Below are positions 39,038 to 48,711 of a DNA stretch of 64,000 nt, piece by piece. The position numbers were made by a program, and so were the translations under genes. Origin of the DNA: Terriglobia bacterium. GTDB taxonomy: Bacteria; Acidobacteriota; Terriglobia; JAJPHL01; JAPKYU01. A model generated the notes under the pieces. The model saw nothing but the letters and a program-made list of their open reading frames with translations, had not been told where the DNA came from and did no database searches. Where the stretch lies: NCBI GenBank assembly GCA_965206645.1, contig CBDBKE010000002.1:576001-640000 (forward strand), in the 5' to 3' direction. The number at the start of each line of letters is the position of its first letter. Position 1 is the stretch's first letter.

Positions 39038-39563
39038 ATGGCGCAGGCAATTGTACTTTTCGCCAGTGAGGCTGCAAGCAACGGCCGGGGGTTAGGAGAA
39101 GAAATGAAAATGCGCGTCCGCCTCGTTCTCGCTGAACTTCGGAAGGAACCCGACAGACACATTTTCTTCACCAGGGGTGCGCCAGGACATGAGCCCCCGG
39201 AGCTTTTCTCTAACCTTGTGTGCAAGGAACTCGAAGAAGGTGACATTGCTCCCGATAAGGATAAAAGTTTTTGGTAGTGCTCGAAGTACCGCCAGCGAGA
39301 TTGATGCCGCGGAGCAATTCCTATCCGAGCAACCGAAATACAATCAGATATATGCGGCCAGTACCTGGTATCACGTGCCGAGAATTCGACTCCTGTGGCT
39401 CCTGAGGCACCGACGGAGAACCGGTTCCCTCCATCTTTGGATGTTTAGGAAGTGTGTCCTGAAACGGGCAGCACTAGAGCTCTTGAAACTGCTTCTCATT
39501 CCGCTGCCGGCCGGTACTCAAGACCGCTTGGGTCAACGTATGCGAGCCCTCGGGTTGATGTAG
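39038..39563 (+). pseudogene. YdcF/ElyC/SanA (DUF218)-like protein, frameshifted
   Basis: Removing one G near 39260 joins ...GDIAPDK to IKVFGSARSTASEI...ASTWYHVPR. Confidence 0.65.
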
Positions 39564-39659
39564 TAGCGTGCCGGTAGGAATGCCTATTGTCAGCCGACGC
39601 TTCCCTGCACCGGGGCATCGCAGGCTTGCTTGCACACCGATCCAGCTCCCCTTGGCGGT

Positions 39660-42146
39660 TCAGTTGAAATCGAACGACTCCGGGTGCAAAGTGGGGTCGG
39701 TCTTGATGAACACCGTCTGATGGGTCATGTCCTCAATTCCCTGCATGACCGGAACGTCCCGCTGTTTCAGGTACCGCGCCACCTCGGGGCTCACCCGCAA
39801 GGTGATTTGCTTGCGGGGCGCGAAGGGGACGAGCTTGGAGGCTTCGGTCAGGATTTCCATGGCGATGGTGTGCGGGGACTTCAGGAAGCCGGAGCCGCTG
39901 CAGTGGACGCACGGCGCGCACAACGTGTGCTCCAGCGATTGCTTAACACGCTTGCGCGTGATGGCCACCAGCCCGAACTCGTTAAAGGCCACGACCTTGG
40001 AAGGGGCGCGGTCCTGCCGGAGCGCTTCCTCCAACGCCTGCATCACCCGCGTGCGGTTCCTCCGCTCCTCCATGTCGATGAAGTCAATGACGATGATGCC
40101 GCCCAGGTCCCGCAGCCGGATCTGGTGCACGATTTCCTTGATGGCCTCTACATTGGTTTTGACAATGGTGTCCTCCAGCCGCGGCGTCTTGCCAACGTAC
40201 TTGCCGGTGTTGATGTCAATGGAGACCAGCGCCTCTGTGTGGTTGATCACGATGTAGCCGCCCGATTTCAGCCAGACTTTCGGCTTCAACGCCTTGTTGA
40301 TCTCCTCGTAGACGTTGAACTCTTCGAACAGGGGAGAATCTTTGGTGAACAGCTTCACGCGGGAGACCAACACCGGCTGCAAGTTTTGCACGAACTTCAG
40401 GATCGTTTCATACTCCTGCTCGTTGTCCACCCAAAGCGCGCGAAACTCCTCCGAGAGCTGGTCGCGCAGGATGCGCTCCACCAGGTTCAGGTCATGGTGG
40501 AGGAGCGCGGGGGCAGCGGTCCGCTCCGCCTTGGCCCGAATCTCAAGCCAGAGGTGGTGCAGAAACTGGACGTCCTCAAGGAGCTCCTTTTCGCTACGCC
40601 CTTCCCCGGCGGTGCGGACGATGAAACCTCCCGGGATTTCGCTTTTGGCTTCCAAAATGACCCGCTTCAGGCGCTGGCGCTCCTCCTCCGTGGTCACCCT
40701 GCGCGAAACTCCCACGTGCTCGAGCGTCGGCATGTAGACCAAATAGCGGCCCGGCAGGGCGATGTGGGACGTAATGCGCGCGCCCTTCCTGCCTAGCGGT
40801 TCTTTAGCGACCTGAACCAGAATCTCCTGCCCTTCGCGCAACAAGTCGGCAATCAACGGCTGGGAGCGGACGGTGCGGTCCGCGGGTGCCTGGGGGCGCG
40901 GCTGCTGCCGGCCGTCGCTCAGCATCTTGTGGCGCAGCCGCCGGTTGACCCGACGGCCAAAGCGGGGGCCTGAGGCACTAACCCGTCCTCCAGCCGGCTC
41001 CGCCGCTGGCACACCCTCAACGCCGGCGACGCTGCTTTCCTCCGCCGGAGCCTGCTCCGGCTCGCCAGCCTGGTCGCCGCCGACAATTGCCGCTTCCGCG
41101 TCCTCCTCGGCAACTGCCAGCGGTGAAAGACCCTCCAGGGTTTGAGGGACGCTTTCTTCAGCAGCTTCTTCTTCGGCAGCTTCTTTTTCTGCGGCTGGGT
41201 CTTCTGTCTGGGGTTGCTCTACGGGTTCTTCGCTGGGTGTGGCCTCCAAAACCGGCTCAGGGGCAGCGCCGGACGCCGGAGGTGCGGCCGGCACCTGTTC
41301 AAATTGTGCCGCCTCCGGTTCGGTGGTTTCCGGAACCGCCTCAGGAGCAGACCACGTGTCGGCCTCGGGGCTGGAAGCTTCCTCCTGCTGGGCCTCCTCG
41401 AACTGCGGTTCGGTCTGGCTGCCCGAGAAGGGCTCTGCCGTATATTCTGTTTCCTGCGGTTTCTCCATTTCCTCTACCGAGGGTTCATGGAAGGCGGGGC
41501 CAGCAGGCGCGGAGGGGGTAAGATGTCGGTACTTAGCTAGCGATTCACCTGGGAGCACCGTGGGCGCAAGGCGCAGGCCCGCAACCGGGGACGAGGAGCC
41601 TCCTTCCCGCGCTTGGGAACCGGCCCGCTGTTGGGAACCGGCTTCCGACGGGCCGGCATATTTTGCCTGGGGGAATCCGCGGCCACCGAAGCGGCGGCGC
41701 GCGCGCCGGCGCCCGCGGCGGCGGCGCCCCTGAGCTGCCCCACCTGGGCCAGTTGTCTCCAACGTAGCCTCCGGTGCCGGCACAGAGGCTTCAGGAGCCG
41801 AAATTGGTTCCGGTGGTTGAGGCGCGCCAAGGGGAAGGCCGGCGGGAGAAGGTGCCCTTTCGCTGATCCGTGCTAGGCTATCTCCGACCCCAGTATCAAT
41901 CTTGTCGAAAACTTCGGCGTCTTCCAGGAAGTCAGAGACATAGAGAAAGGCGTCGCGCTCCAAGCCGATGTCGACGAAGGCGGACTGCATGCCCGGGAGC
42001 ACGCGCGTCACCCGACCTTTATAGATGCTCCCAGCTATTGAGTATTCGTTGGATTGTTCAAAGTAGACTTCGGCAAGCTGATCCTCTTCCAGAATAGCCA
42101 CCTTCGTCTCGTAGGGAGACGAAGAGACCAGTAGTTCCTTCACCAT
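39660..42146 (-). CDS. rne/rng: Ribonuclease E/G family protein with a large disordered insertion in the S1 domain
   Basis: IYKGRVTRVLPGMQSAFVDIG, QVAKEPLGRKGAR, IDINTG, GGIIVIDFIDM, CxxC; AGGAG RBS before ATG 42146. Confidence 0.93.
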   Translation of the reverse strand: MVKELLVSSSPYETKVAILEEDQLAEVYFEQSNEYSIAGSIYKGRVTRVLPGMQSAFVDIGLERDAFLYVSDFLEDAEVFDKIDTGVGDSLARISERAPSPAGLPLGAPQPPEPISAPEASVPAPEATLETTGPGGAAQGRRRRGRRRARRRFGGRGFPQAKYAGPSEAGSQQRAGSQAREGGSSSPVAGLRLAPTVLPGESLAKYRHLTPSAPAGPAFHEPSVEEMEKPQETEYTAEPFSGSQTEPQFEEAQQEEASSPEADTWSAPEAVPETTEPEAAQFEQVPAAPPASGAAPEPVLEATPSEEPVEQPQTEDPAAEKEAAEEEAAEESVPQTLEGLSPLAVAEEDAEAAIVGGDQAGEPEQAPAEESSVAGVEGVPAAEPAGGRVSASGPRFGRRVNRRLRHKMLSDGRQQPRPQAPADRTVRSQPLIADLLREGQEILVQVAKEPLGRKGARITSHIALPGRYLVYMPTLEHVGVSRRVTTEEERQRLKRVILEAKSEIPGGFIVRTAGEGRSEKELLEDVQFLHHLWLEIRAKAERTAAPALLHHDLNLVERILRDQLSEEFRALWVDNEQEYETILKFVQNLQPVLVSRVKLFTKDSPLFEEFNVYEEINKALKPKVWLKSGGYIVINHTEALVSIDINTGKYVGKTPRLEDTIVKTNVEAIKEIVHQIRLRDLGGIIVIDFIDMEERRNRTRVMQALEEALRQDRAPSKVVAFNEFGLVAITRKRVKQSLEHTLCAPCVHCSGSGFLKSPHTIAMEILTEASKLVPFAPRKQITLRVSPEVARYLKQRDVPVMQGIEDMTHQTVFIKTDPTLHPESFDFN

Positions 42147-42551
42147 GGAAACTCCTTTGGGCGGAACCACGTCGGACGGGGCAATTAGCGTGAGGGGCGG
42201 CCATCTTCCTCGGCCAAGGCACCCTGGTTGCCCACCCGGGGCTGGTCCAACGATTCCGGGCTACTTTTCGCCCCTGCCACAGGCCTTCTTGCAGGCTCGA
42301 GAAAACGCAGGGGTAAGGCCCAGTCGGATCGGTTGGAAGAACACCCGGACGGGCGCGGGCGACCCTCTCGCCCTGTAGGTTGGACATAATCACCCCAAAC
42401 ATGGTGTGCCTGCCGGCCTTCAGGGGCCGGACTTGAAATGGTAAACTCGCGGAGGGAACCTGCAACTCAGTGTCCGCGCGGTTGGCTTCCCTCCCGCCAA
42501 CCGTCTTCGGCGCCTCAAGCTACGCACGCAGGCGCGATCCCTCCAGGCATG
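42147..42551 (-). promoter_or_regulatory. About 400-nt structured 5' leader of RNase E/G
   Basis: Several stems: 42245-51/42379-85, 42271-77/42307-13, 42357-62/42368-73, 42413-18/42425-30, 42479-86/42496-503. Confidence 0.5.
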
Positions 42552-43646
42552 CTAATGGACAAAGCGGCGCAGCCTGACATTGTTCACCAGGCCGAGCGCC
42601 ATAAACGTAAACAGCACCGAGGAACCGCCGTAGCTCATCAGCGGCAGCGGAATGCCGGTGATCGGCATGAAGCCGATCACCATCCCGACATTCACCAGGA
42701 TATGGAACAGAAGCACACCCACCACTCCCATAACGATGAACACTCCGCTGCGGTCGGGAGCCGTCTGGGCATTGTGGATGAGCCTCATCAAGACCATGAA
42801 GTAGAGGAGCAGGGCGGAAAGCACCCCGAAGAATCCATGCTCCTCGGCAAAGGCCGCAAAGATAAAATCGGTGTGGGGCACAGGGAGAAACCACAATTGG
42901 GTTTGGGTGCCTTTCTTGCTGCCCTGGCCCCAGAGGCCCCCCGAACCCACCGCGATCTTGGATTGCGTCAACTGGTATCCGCCTGCCAGTGGGTCCTTCT
43001 CCGGATGGACGAACGTCAGGAGTCGCGCTTTCTGGTAGGGCTTCAGCCCATAGGTCCAAGCGACGGGCATGGCAAGCGCGAACAGCAGGCCGAGGACCGC
43101 TACGTGCTTCAGCCGGATGCCTGCCAGAAGCAAAGCCATCATCATGATGGGAGCATAGGTAAGGGCGGTGCCGAGGTCCGGCTGTAGTAAGACCAGCCCC
43201 ATCGGTATGCCACCCAACAGCCCCACCTTGATCAGGTCCGGGCTGCTTACCCGCCCCTGGCGAGATTCACTGAAATACCTCGCCATGACCAATATTAGCA
43301 CCAGCTTGACAAATTCTGACACTTGAAAGTGAAAGCCGCCAGCCAGCGGAATCCAACGCCGGGAGCCAAGCACCTTACGCCCCACCACCAGCACCAGCAC
43401 CAACAATCCCACAGAGACCAGATACATCAAAGGGGCTTGATCCAACAGGGTGTGGTAGTCGATTAAGCTCATCAGGTACATCAAGACCAGGCCGGCTAAG
43501 ATCCAGTAGATCTGCCTCTCGTAGGCTCCGGCGAACTTGGTTCTGTAGGTAGCGCTGTAGATCTCCATCAAACCCAGAGCGGAGATCAGCAGAACCAAAC
43601 CCAGAAGGAACCAGTCCATCCTTCTGTAGCTGATATAACGAGACAT
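42552..43646 (-). CDS. rodA: Rod shape-determining protein RodA
   Basis: SEDS motifs GSRRWI, QVSEFVK, QPDLGT, PHTDFIF, SYGGSS. Confidence 0.95.
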   Translation of the reverse strand: MSRYISYRRMDWFLLGLVLLISALGLMEIYSATYRTKFAGAYERQIYWILAGLVLMYLMSLIDYHTLLDQAPLMYLVSVGLLVLVLVVGRKVLGSRRWIPLAGGFHFQVSEFVKLVLILVMARYFSESRQGRVSSPDLIKVGLLGGIPMGLVLLQPDLGTALTYAPIMMMALLLAGIRLKHVAVLGLLFALAMPVAWTYGLKPYQKARLLTFVHPEKDPLAGGYQLTQSKIAVGSGGLWGQGSKKGTQTQLWFLPVPHTDFIFAAFAEEHGFFGVLSALLLYFMVLMRLIHNAQTAPDRSGVFIVMGVVGVLLFHILVNVGMVIGFMPITGIPLPLMSYGGSSVLFTFMALGLVNNVRLRRFVH

Positions 43647-43684
43647 AGCTTATAACCAGACATAGCTGGCCGGGGCAGAGCTCA

Positions 43685-45592
43685 TCAGGGTGCCAGCGAG
43701 CTTTGTGTGCGCGCCTGGCCGGCGGCCAGTTGCCGTGGCTTCTGAGGCTGACGCTTGTCCCAGTAAGTCTTGATCACCTCGCGCACTATCGGAGCAGCCA
43801 AGTAGCCATGCTCTCCGTGCTCCAACAGACAGACCACCACAATCTCCGGGTTGCGCCGGGGAGCCATGCCGACAAACCATGCATTATCCTTGAGATGCGG
43901 AGCCCTGACGCCCTTAGTGGCCTCCAGGCTGGCCAGCTGTGCGGTTCCGGTCTTTCCGCCCACCTCCACCCCCTCAATGCGCGCCCGCCTACCGGTACCC
44001 CCACGCTCATTGACCACCCCATACATGCCCAGGGTAACCTGTTCAATCGTCTCCTCGCGAAGCGGAAAGCGCCACACCTCATCCTGATTCACACCGGGGT
44101 TCGCGCCGTCCGGGTTCGCGCCATCCGGGTTCGGGCCATCCGGGTTCGTGCTGGGCCGGTAGCGTTGGATTTCGGAGGGAAACACCAGACGCGGGCGCCG
44201 GAAGACCCCGCCGGAGGCAATCCCGCCGATGGCGTAAGCCATTTGCAACGGTGTCATCGCGACCGACCCCTGGCCGATGGCCACCGAGATGGTCTCGCCC
44301 GCATACCATTTCTCCCCAAACAGCCGCCGTTTCCATTCCGGCGAAGGCATCACGCCTTCCTCTTCATACGGCAAATCAATTCCGGTCGGAGAGCCCAGAC
44401 CGAATCGCCGGGAATAATAGGCTATTTTCTCGATGCCCAGGCGCTTGCCGACATTGTAGAAGAACACGTCGCAAGATTGGACGATGGCGCGGTGCAGATT
44501 CATACGACCGTGCCCTCCCTTCCGCCAGCACCGGAAGTACCGTCCATAAAAAACGGCGCCGCCAGAACAGTAGAAGGTGGTTTTCTCCGTGAGGACCTCC
44601 TCCTCCAAGGCCGCCGTTGCCAGAAAGATTTTATAGACGGAACCGGGAGCCAACTGGGCTTGGATGGCGCGGTTCAGCAACGGGAGGTCGGGGTCTTGGG
44701 TGAGCCGAGTCCATTGCTGGTTGCTGATGCGGATGGCAAAATTGTTCGGATCATAGACCGGGCGGCTGACCAAAGCCAGAACCTCCCCGGTGCGAGGGTC
44801 CAGGGCCACCAGGGCGCCCTTCTTGTCCTCCATCGCGACTTCCGCCGCAACTTGCAGATCCAAGTCAAGGGTCAGTCTCAGCGGTTGCCCGCCTACGGCG
44901 GGTGTTTCGTCCAGCCGCCCCACCTCGCGGCCTATGCTGTTAACGAGGATGTGCCGCAACCCATCCTTTCCCATCAGGATGTCGTTGTACTGCCGCTCCA
45001 CGCCCCTCTGGCCCACAATGGCACCAGGGCGGTAGCCCGCGAATTCCGCGCGGTTCAGTTCGTCCTCGCTCACCTCACCCACATAGCCAAGGACATGCGC
45101 TGCGAAGCCGTCACGCGGGTAGAGGCGCCGTTGCACCATCACCGCCTCCAGCTCCGGCAGGTCATCGCGGTGCGCTTCCAGGAATCCCAAGTCCCGGGAG
45201 GTAGCGTCCTCCCTGATGAGGACGGGCTCGTAAGACGCCGCGGTACGGAACCGAAGCAGTCGAGCCTGCAGCTCCTTCAGCGGGATTCGAAGTCCGGCAG
45301 CGATCAGTTGCAGATCCCTGTGATCCTTCATTTGCTCGCGCAGTAGCAAGATACTGAACGAAGGATAGCTGGAGACAATGACGCGTCCTTCACGGTCCAG
45401 AGTGTGGCCGCGCGGTGCCAGAATCGGCAGACTCTTCACGCGGTTTTGCTCGGCCAGTGCGGCGTAATATTCCGGGCGCTGGATCTGAAGCCGCCAGAAC
45501 CCGGTGGCCAGTGCCAGAAAGATGCCCAGGGTCAGAAACTGGACAACCGCGATCTTGAACTGAGCAAACTTAGTGTCGCCGAATTCGAACAT
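43685..45592 (-). CDS. mrdA: Penicillin-binding protein 2
   Basis: SVYK, SCD, KTGT motifs; mre operon context. Confidence 0.95.
   Translation of the reverse strand: MFEFGDTKFAQFKIAVVQFLTLGIFLALATGFWRLQIQRPEYYAALAEQNRVKSLPILAPRGHTLDREGRVIVSSYPSFSILLLREQMKDHRDLQLIAAGLRIPLKELQARLLRFRTAASYEPVLIREDATSRDLGFLEAHRDDLPELEAVMVQRRLYPRDGFAAHVLGYVGEVSEDELNRAEFAGYRPGAIVGQRGVERQYNDILMGKDGLRHILVNSIGREVGRLDETPAVGGQPLRLTLDLDLQVAAEVAMEDKKGALVALDPRTGEVLALVSRPVYDPNNFAIRISNQQWTRLTQDPDLPLLNRAIQAQLAPGSVYKIFLATAALEEEVLTEKTTFYCSGGAVFYGRYFRCWRKGGHGRMNLHRAIVQSCDVFFYNVGKRLGIEKIAYYSRRFGLGSPTGIDLPYEEEGVMPSPEWKRRLFGEKWYAGETISVAIGQGSVAMTPLQMAYAIGGIASGGVFRRPRLVFPSEIQRYRPSTNPDGPNPDGANPDGANPGVNQDEVWRFPLREETIEQVTLGMYGVVNERGGTGRRARIEGVEVGGKTGTAQLASLEATKGVRAPHLKDNAWFVGMAPRRNPEIVVVCLLEHGEHGYLAAPIVREVIKTYWDKRQPQKPRQLAAGQARTQSSLAP
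44097..44148. repeat. 15-bp in-frame tandem repeat in mrdA (NPDGP NPDGA NPDGA NPG)
   Basis: GGGTTCG(C/G)GCC(G/A)TCC x3.5. Confidence 0.9.
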
Positions 45593-45785
45593 CAAGAAGG
45601 CCCGTCAGAAAGCCCCCCGGAAGAGCAATGATCCCAAACTGAACAACTTGGGCTGCGGAGTCCCAGGGCCTGCTTGCCATTGTAGCAGGCTCGGCCGGCT
45701 CAGCCCAACCCTGGGGGTGCGGCTCGTGAAAAGTTTACCTTCTTAAGCGAAAGCGTTGGAAGAAGAACAATTGGACAACCGGCGC

Positions 45786-46310
45786 TCAGACCGGCTTTCT
45801 GAAGCGGTCCAGCAACTGGAAAAGCAGCACGGCCACGATCGCATTGATTAGAGCGACTGCCAGACTGCGCACACCAGGCATGCTCACGGCCTTTTCTAAC
45901 AAGACCTGCTGCAGCAGCAGGAACAACCCCAGGTGGATGTAATAGAACCCGAACACCACCCCTAGCCGTACCCCCGGGTGCTCCGTATCAATCCTGGTGC
46001 TGAGCGAGGATGCGGCGTAGCCCACAACGGTTTTTACGATCCCGAACAGGCCAATGGGTCCGTGGCCCAGGCTGTCTTGCGCAATACCGATTGCGGCGCC
46101 CACCAGCATCCCGGAGATCTGACTGCGGCGGTTGAGAGCGAAATACACGGTCACGAGCAGGGGCAGGTCCAGGACCTCTACAGCAGGGAACCACAGGGGC
46201 AAGTGGCCCTGCAGCGATAGGGCCAGCAGGGCAATCAGGATGACCGTCCAAGGAGGAAACCGGTACGTCTCCACACGGAGGTCAGACCGCGTGTGGACTG
46301 CAAACTTCAT
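45786..46310 (-). CDS. mreD: Rod shape-determining protein MreD
   Basis: Hydrophobic protein with DLPLL, G..QD; between mreC and mrdA. Confidence 0.9.
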   Translation of the reverse strand: MKFAVHTRSDLRVETYRFPPWTVILIALLALSLQGHLPLWFPAVEVLDLPLLVTVYFALNRRSQISGMLVGAAIGIAQDSLGHGPIGLFGIVKTVVGYAASSLSTRIDTEHPGVRLGVVFGFYYIHLGLFLLLQQVLLEKAVSMPGVRSLAVALINAIVAVLLFQLLDRFRKPV

Positions 46311-47551
46311 CGCGCAGGGGGAGGCTCTGGACTTGGAAGCCGCCTGTCAGTGGGCTTCTCAGGAACAGTGGCGGCAACCGGCTGGCTGCCAGGACCAGTG
46401 TCAGACGCGGCTGCTTCGGCTTCGACTTCGGTGGCCGCCGGCTCCGGGGCCTCCGGCGGTCTGGGGACAACGGCAGGGGGAGACGTCCGCGGTTGGGGGG
46501 GCACCAAGGCTCGCTTCTGATCCTTGCTCTTGTGCAGCTGCGCAGTGCGGTAGGCTTCGAGCAGCTTGTCGGCATCCGTTTCAGGTCTGGTACGGGGCCT
46601 CGCCACTGCCTTCGCCCGGGTTTCGGCCTTGGTCGTCGCTGCAGCGACTGGCGGAGCGGCTGTCGCGACGGTGGCCCCAGCTTGCCGCGGCGAGGTCCGT
46701 GTCACGAACGGCGCTTCAGCCCTGGAAGGAATCTGCTTCCCGGCGCCACGCACGATAACCAGCACTTCTTCCAGCCGGTTCAACCGAGCCGAGGGCTGCA
46801 CTTCGATTTCGTGGAACACGCGGCCCGGCTTGACCGAAGTGACCGAGCCGATCGGCAGGCCCTTGGGATAGATCAAGTCCTCACCCGAGGTCAGCACCTG
46901 TTCTCCCACTTCCACGCTCTGGCCGTTCACGACGTAGGCCAATTGGCAGAAGAAGCTGCCGGAACCCCGCACTGCCCCGTGCACTCGCGACTTTTCCAGT
47001 AGGGCACCGACGCCGCTGTCGGGATCTGTGATCACCAACACTTGGGCTGAGCCCCAAAACACCCGGTGCACCTTGCCAACGATCCCGTTGGGGGTGATCA
47101 CCGGCATGTTGGGCCGAATCCCGACTTCGCTGCCTTTGTCAAGAAACAACACGCGCGAGGTTTCCGAAGCACTGGAACCGATAACCCGGCAAGCTATGCT
47201 GGAGAAGGGGATTTGGCTGCCCAATTGTAGTACTTCCTTCAGCCGGCGGGCTTCCCGAGCTTCCTCCTGCAGGTGGTGGTGGGAGAGCTTCAGCCGGCCA
47301 ATCTCTTCCATCAGGCGCCGGTTCTCCTGCCGGGCGTGGCGTAGGTCCACGTAATCTCGCCACACACCGACCAGGCCGCGGATGACGCTGCTGGAGGCTT
47401 TCTCCACCGGCGTGATCACCGCCACCGCCCAGATGCGGATGAGCGGGATATCCTTGTCGCGTTTCACCTGAAAGGCCAACAGGACCAGTTGCAGAAACAG
47501 GAGCGCAACCAGCACGACGGCGTTTCGGTGTCGGCTTAGCAGACTATCCAT
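46307..47551 (-). CDS. mreC: Rod shape-determining protein MreC with Pro/Ala-rich tail
   Basis: TM plus coiled coil, DKGS, GIVGKV, TSG..IYPKG. Confidence 0.93.
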   Translation of the reverse strand: MDSLLSRHRNAVVLVALLFLQLVLLAFQVKRDKDIPLIRIWAVAVITPVEKASSSVIRGLVGVWRDYVDLRHARQENRRLMEEIGRLKLSHHHLQEEAREARRLKEVLQLGSQIPFSSIACRVIGSSASETSRVLFLDKGSEVGIRPNMPVITPNGIVGKVHRVFWGSAQVLVITDPDSGVGALLEKSRVHGAVRGSGSFFCQLAYVVNGQSVEVGEQVLTSGEDLIYPKGLPIGSVTSVKPGRVFHEIEVQPSARLNRLEEVLVIVRGAGKQIPSRAEAPFVTRTSPRQAGATVATAAPPVAAATTKAETRAKAVARPRTRPETDADKLLEAYRTAQLHKSKDQKRALVPPQPRTSPPAVVPRPPEAPEPAATEVEAEAAASDTGPGSQPVAATVPEKPTDRRLPSPEPPPAR

Positions 47552-47584
47552 AGAAGCGCAGCCTCCATGGGTTCGCCGGACTAT

Positions 47585-47632
47585 CTCCTTCGATGGCTCC
47601 TTCGATGGCTCATTCGATGGCTCATTCGATGG
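47585..47632. repeat. 12-bp tandem repeat x4 spanning the mreB stop codon
   Basis: CTCCTTCGATGG x2 then CTCATTCGATGG x2. Confidence 0.93.
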
Positions 47633-48647
47633 ACACCTTTCGCAAGAGCTTGAAATCGCTGAGCATCCTGCCAGTGCCTAAGGCCACCGAAGCCAGCGGA
47701 TCCTCGGCGATGGAGACGGGGAGCCCCGTTTCCTCACGAATGCGCCTGTCCAGGTTCTTCAGCAGCGCGCCGCCGCCGGTCAGTACGACGCCGCGGTCGC
47801 TGATATCGGCCGACAGCTCCGGGGGCGTGCGTTCCAGTGCCACCCGAATGGAGTTCATAATGGTCGAAACGCACTCCGACATCGCCTCGCGAATCTCGCT
47901 GTCGTCCACGGTGATGGTTTTGGGCACGCCTTCAATCAGATTGCGCCCTTTGATTTCCATGGTCAGGGGTTTTTCCAACGGGTAAGCGGAGCCGACTCCG
48001 ATCTTGATTTGCTCGGCCGTGCGCTCCCCGATCAGCAGGTTGTATTTCCGCTTCAGGTAATGCATGAGGGCTTCGTCCATTTCGTTGCCTGCCACCCGTA
48101 CCGAGCGGCTGTAGACGATCCCGGACAGGGAAATGACGGCGATGTCGGTGGTGCCCCCGCCGATATCCACGATCATGTTGCCGCCGGGCTCGGTAATGGG
48201 CAGACCGGCGCCGATGGCTGCCATCATGGCCTGTTCGACCAGATGCACCTCGCTGGCCTTGGCCTGGTAAGCCGACTCCATGACTGCGCGCTTCTCCACC
48301 TGGGTGATCTCGCTGGGCACGCCGATGACGATTCGCGGATGGACCAGCACCTTACGGTTGTGCGCTTTTTGGATGAAGTAGTTCAACATCTTTTCGGTGA
48401 CCTTGAAGTCGGCGATCACCCCGTCCTTCATCGGCTTGATGGCCACGATGTTGCCCGGCGTGCGGCCCAACATCTCTTTGGCCTCCTTGCCCACCGCCTC
48501 CACCTCGCGGGTATTCTGGTTGATGACCACAATCGAAGGCTCGTTCACCACAATCCCTTTCGCGGCGGAGTACACCAGGGTGTTGGCGGTGCCCAGGTCA
48601 ATCGCCAGGTCCGAGGAAAAGAGACTGAACAGCGAGCGGAGATTCAT
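47622..48647 (-). CDS. mreB: Rod shape-determining protein MreB
   Basis: IDLGTANT, DIGGGTT, TGGGALL. Confidence 0.98.
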   Translation of the reverse strand: MNLRSLFSLFSSDLAIDLGTANTLVYSAAKGIVVNEPSIVVINQNTREVEAVGKEAKEMLGRTPGNIVAIKPMKDGVIADFKVTEKMLNYFIQKAHNRKVLVHPRIVIGVPSEITQVEKRAVMESAYQAKASEVHLVEQAMMAAIGAGLPITEPGGNMIVDIGGGTTDIAVISLSGIVYSRSVRVAGNEMDEALMHYLKRKYNLLIGERTAEQIKIGVGSAYPLEKPLTMEIKGRNLIEGVPKTITVDDSEIREAMSECVSTIMNSIRVALERTPPELSADISDRGVVLTGGGALLKNLDRRIREETGLPVSIAEDPLASVALGTGRMLSDFKLLRKVSIE

Positions 48648-48711
48648 CGTCTACCCTGCTCCGAAAGCCTCCCCCACCCGAGGGGAGCAGCACATCCGGG
48701 TCACCCGTTCG

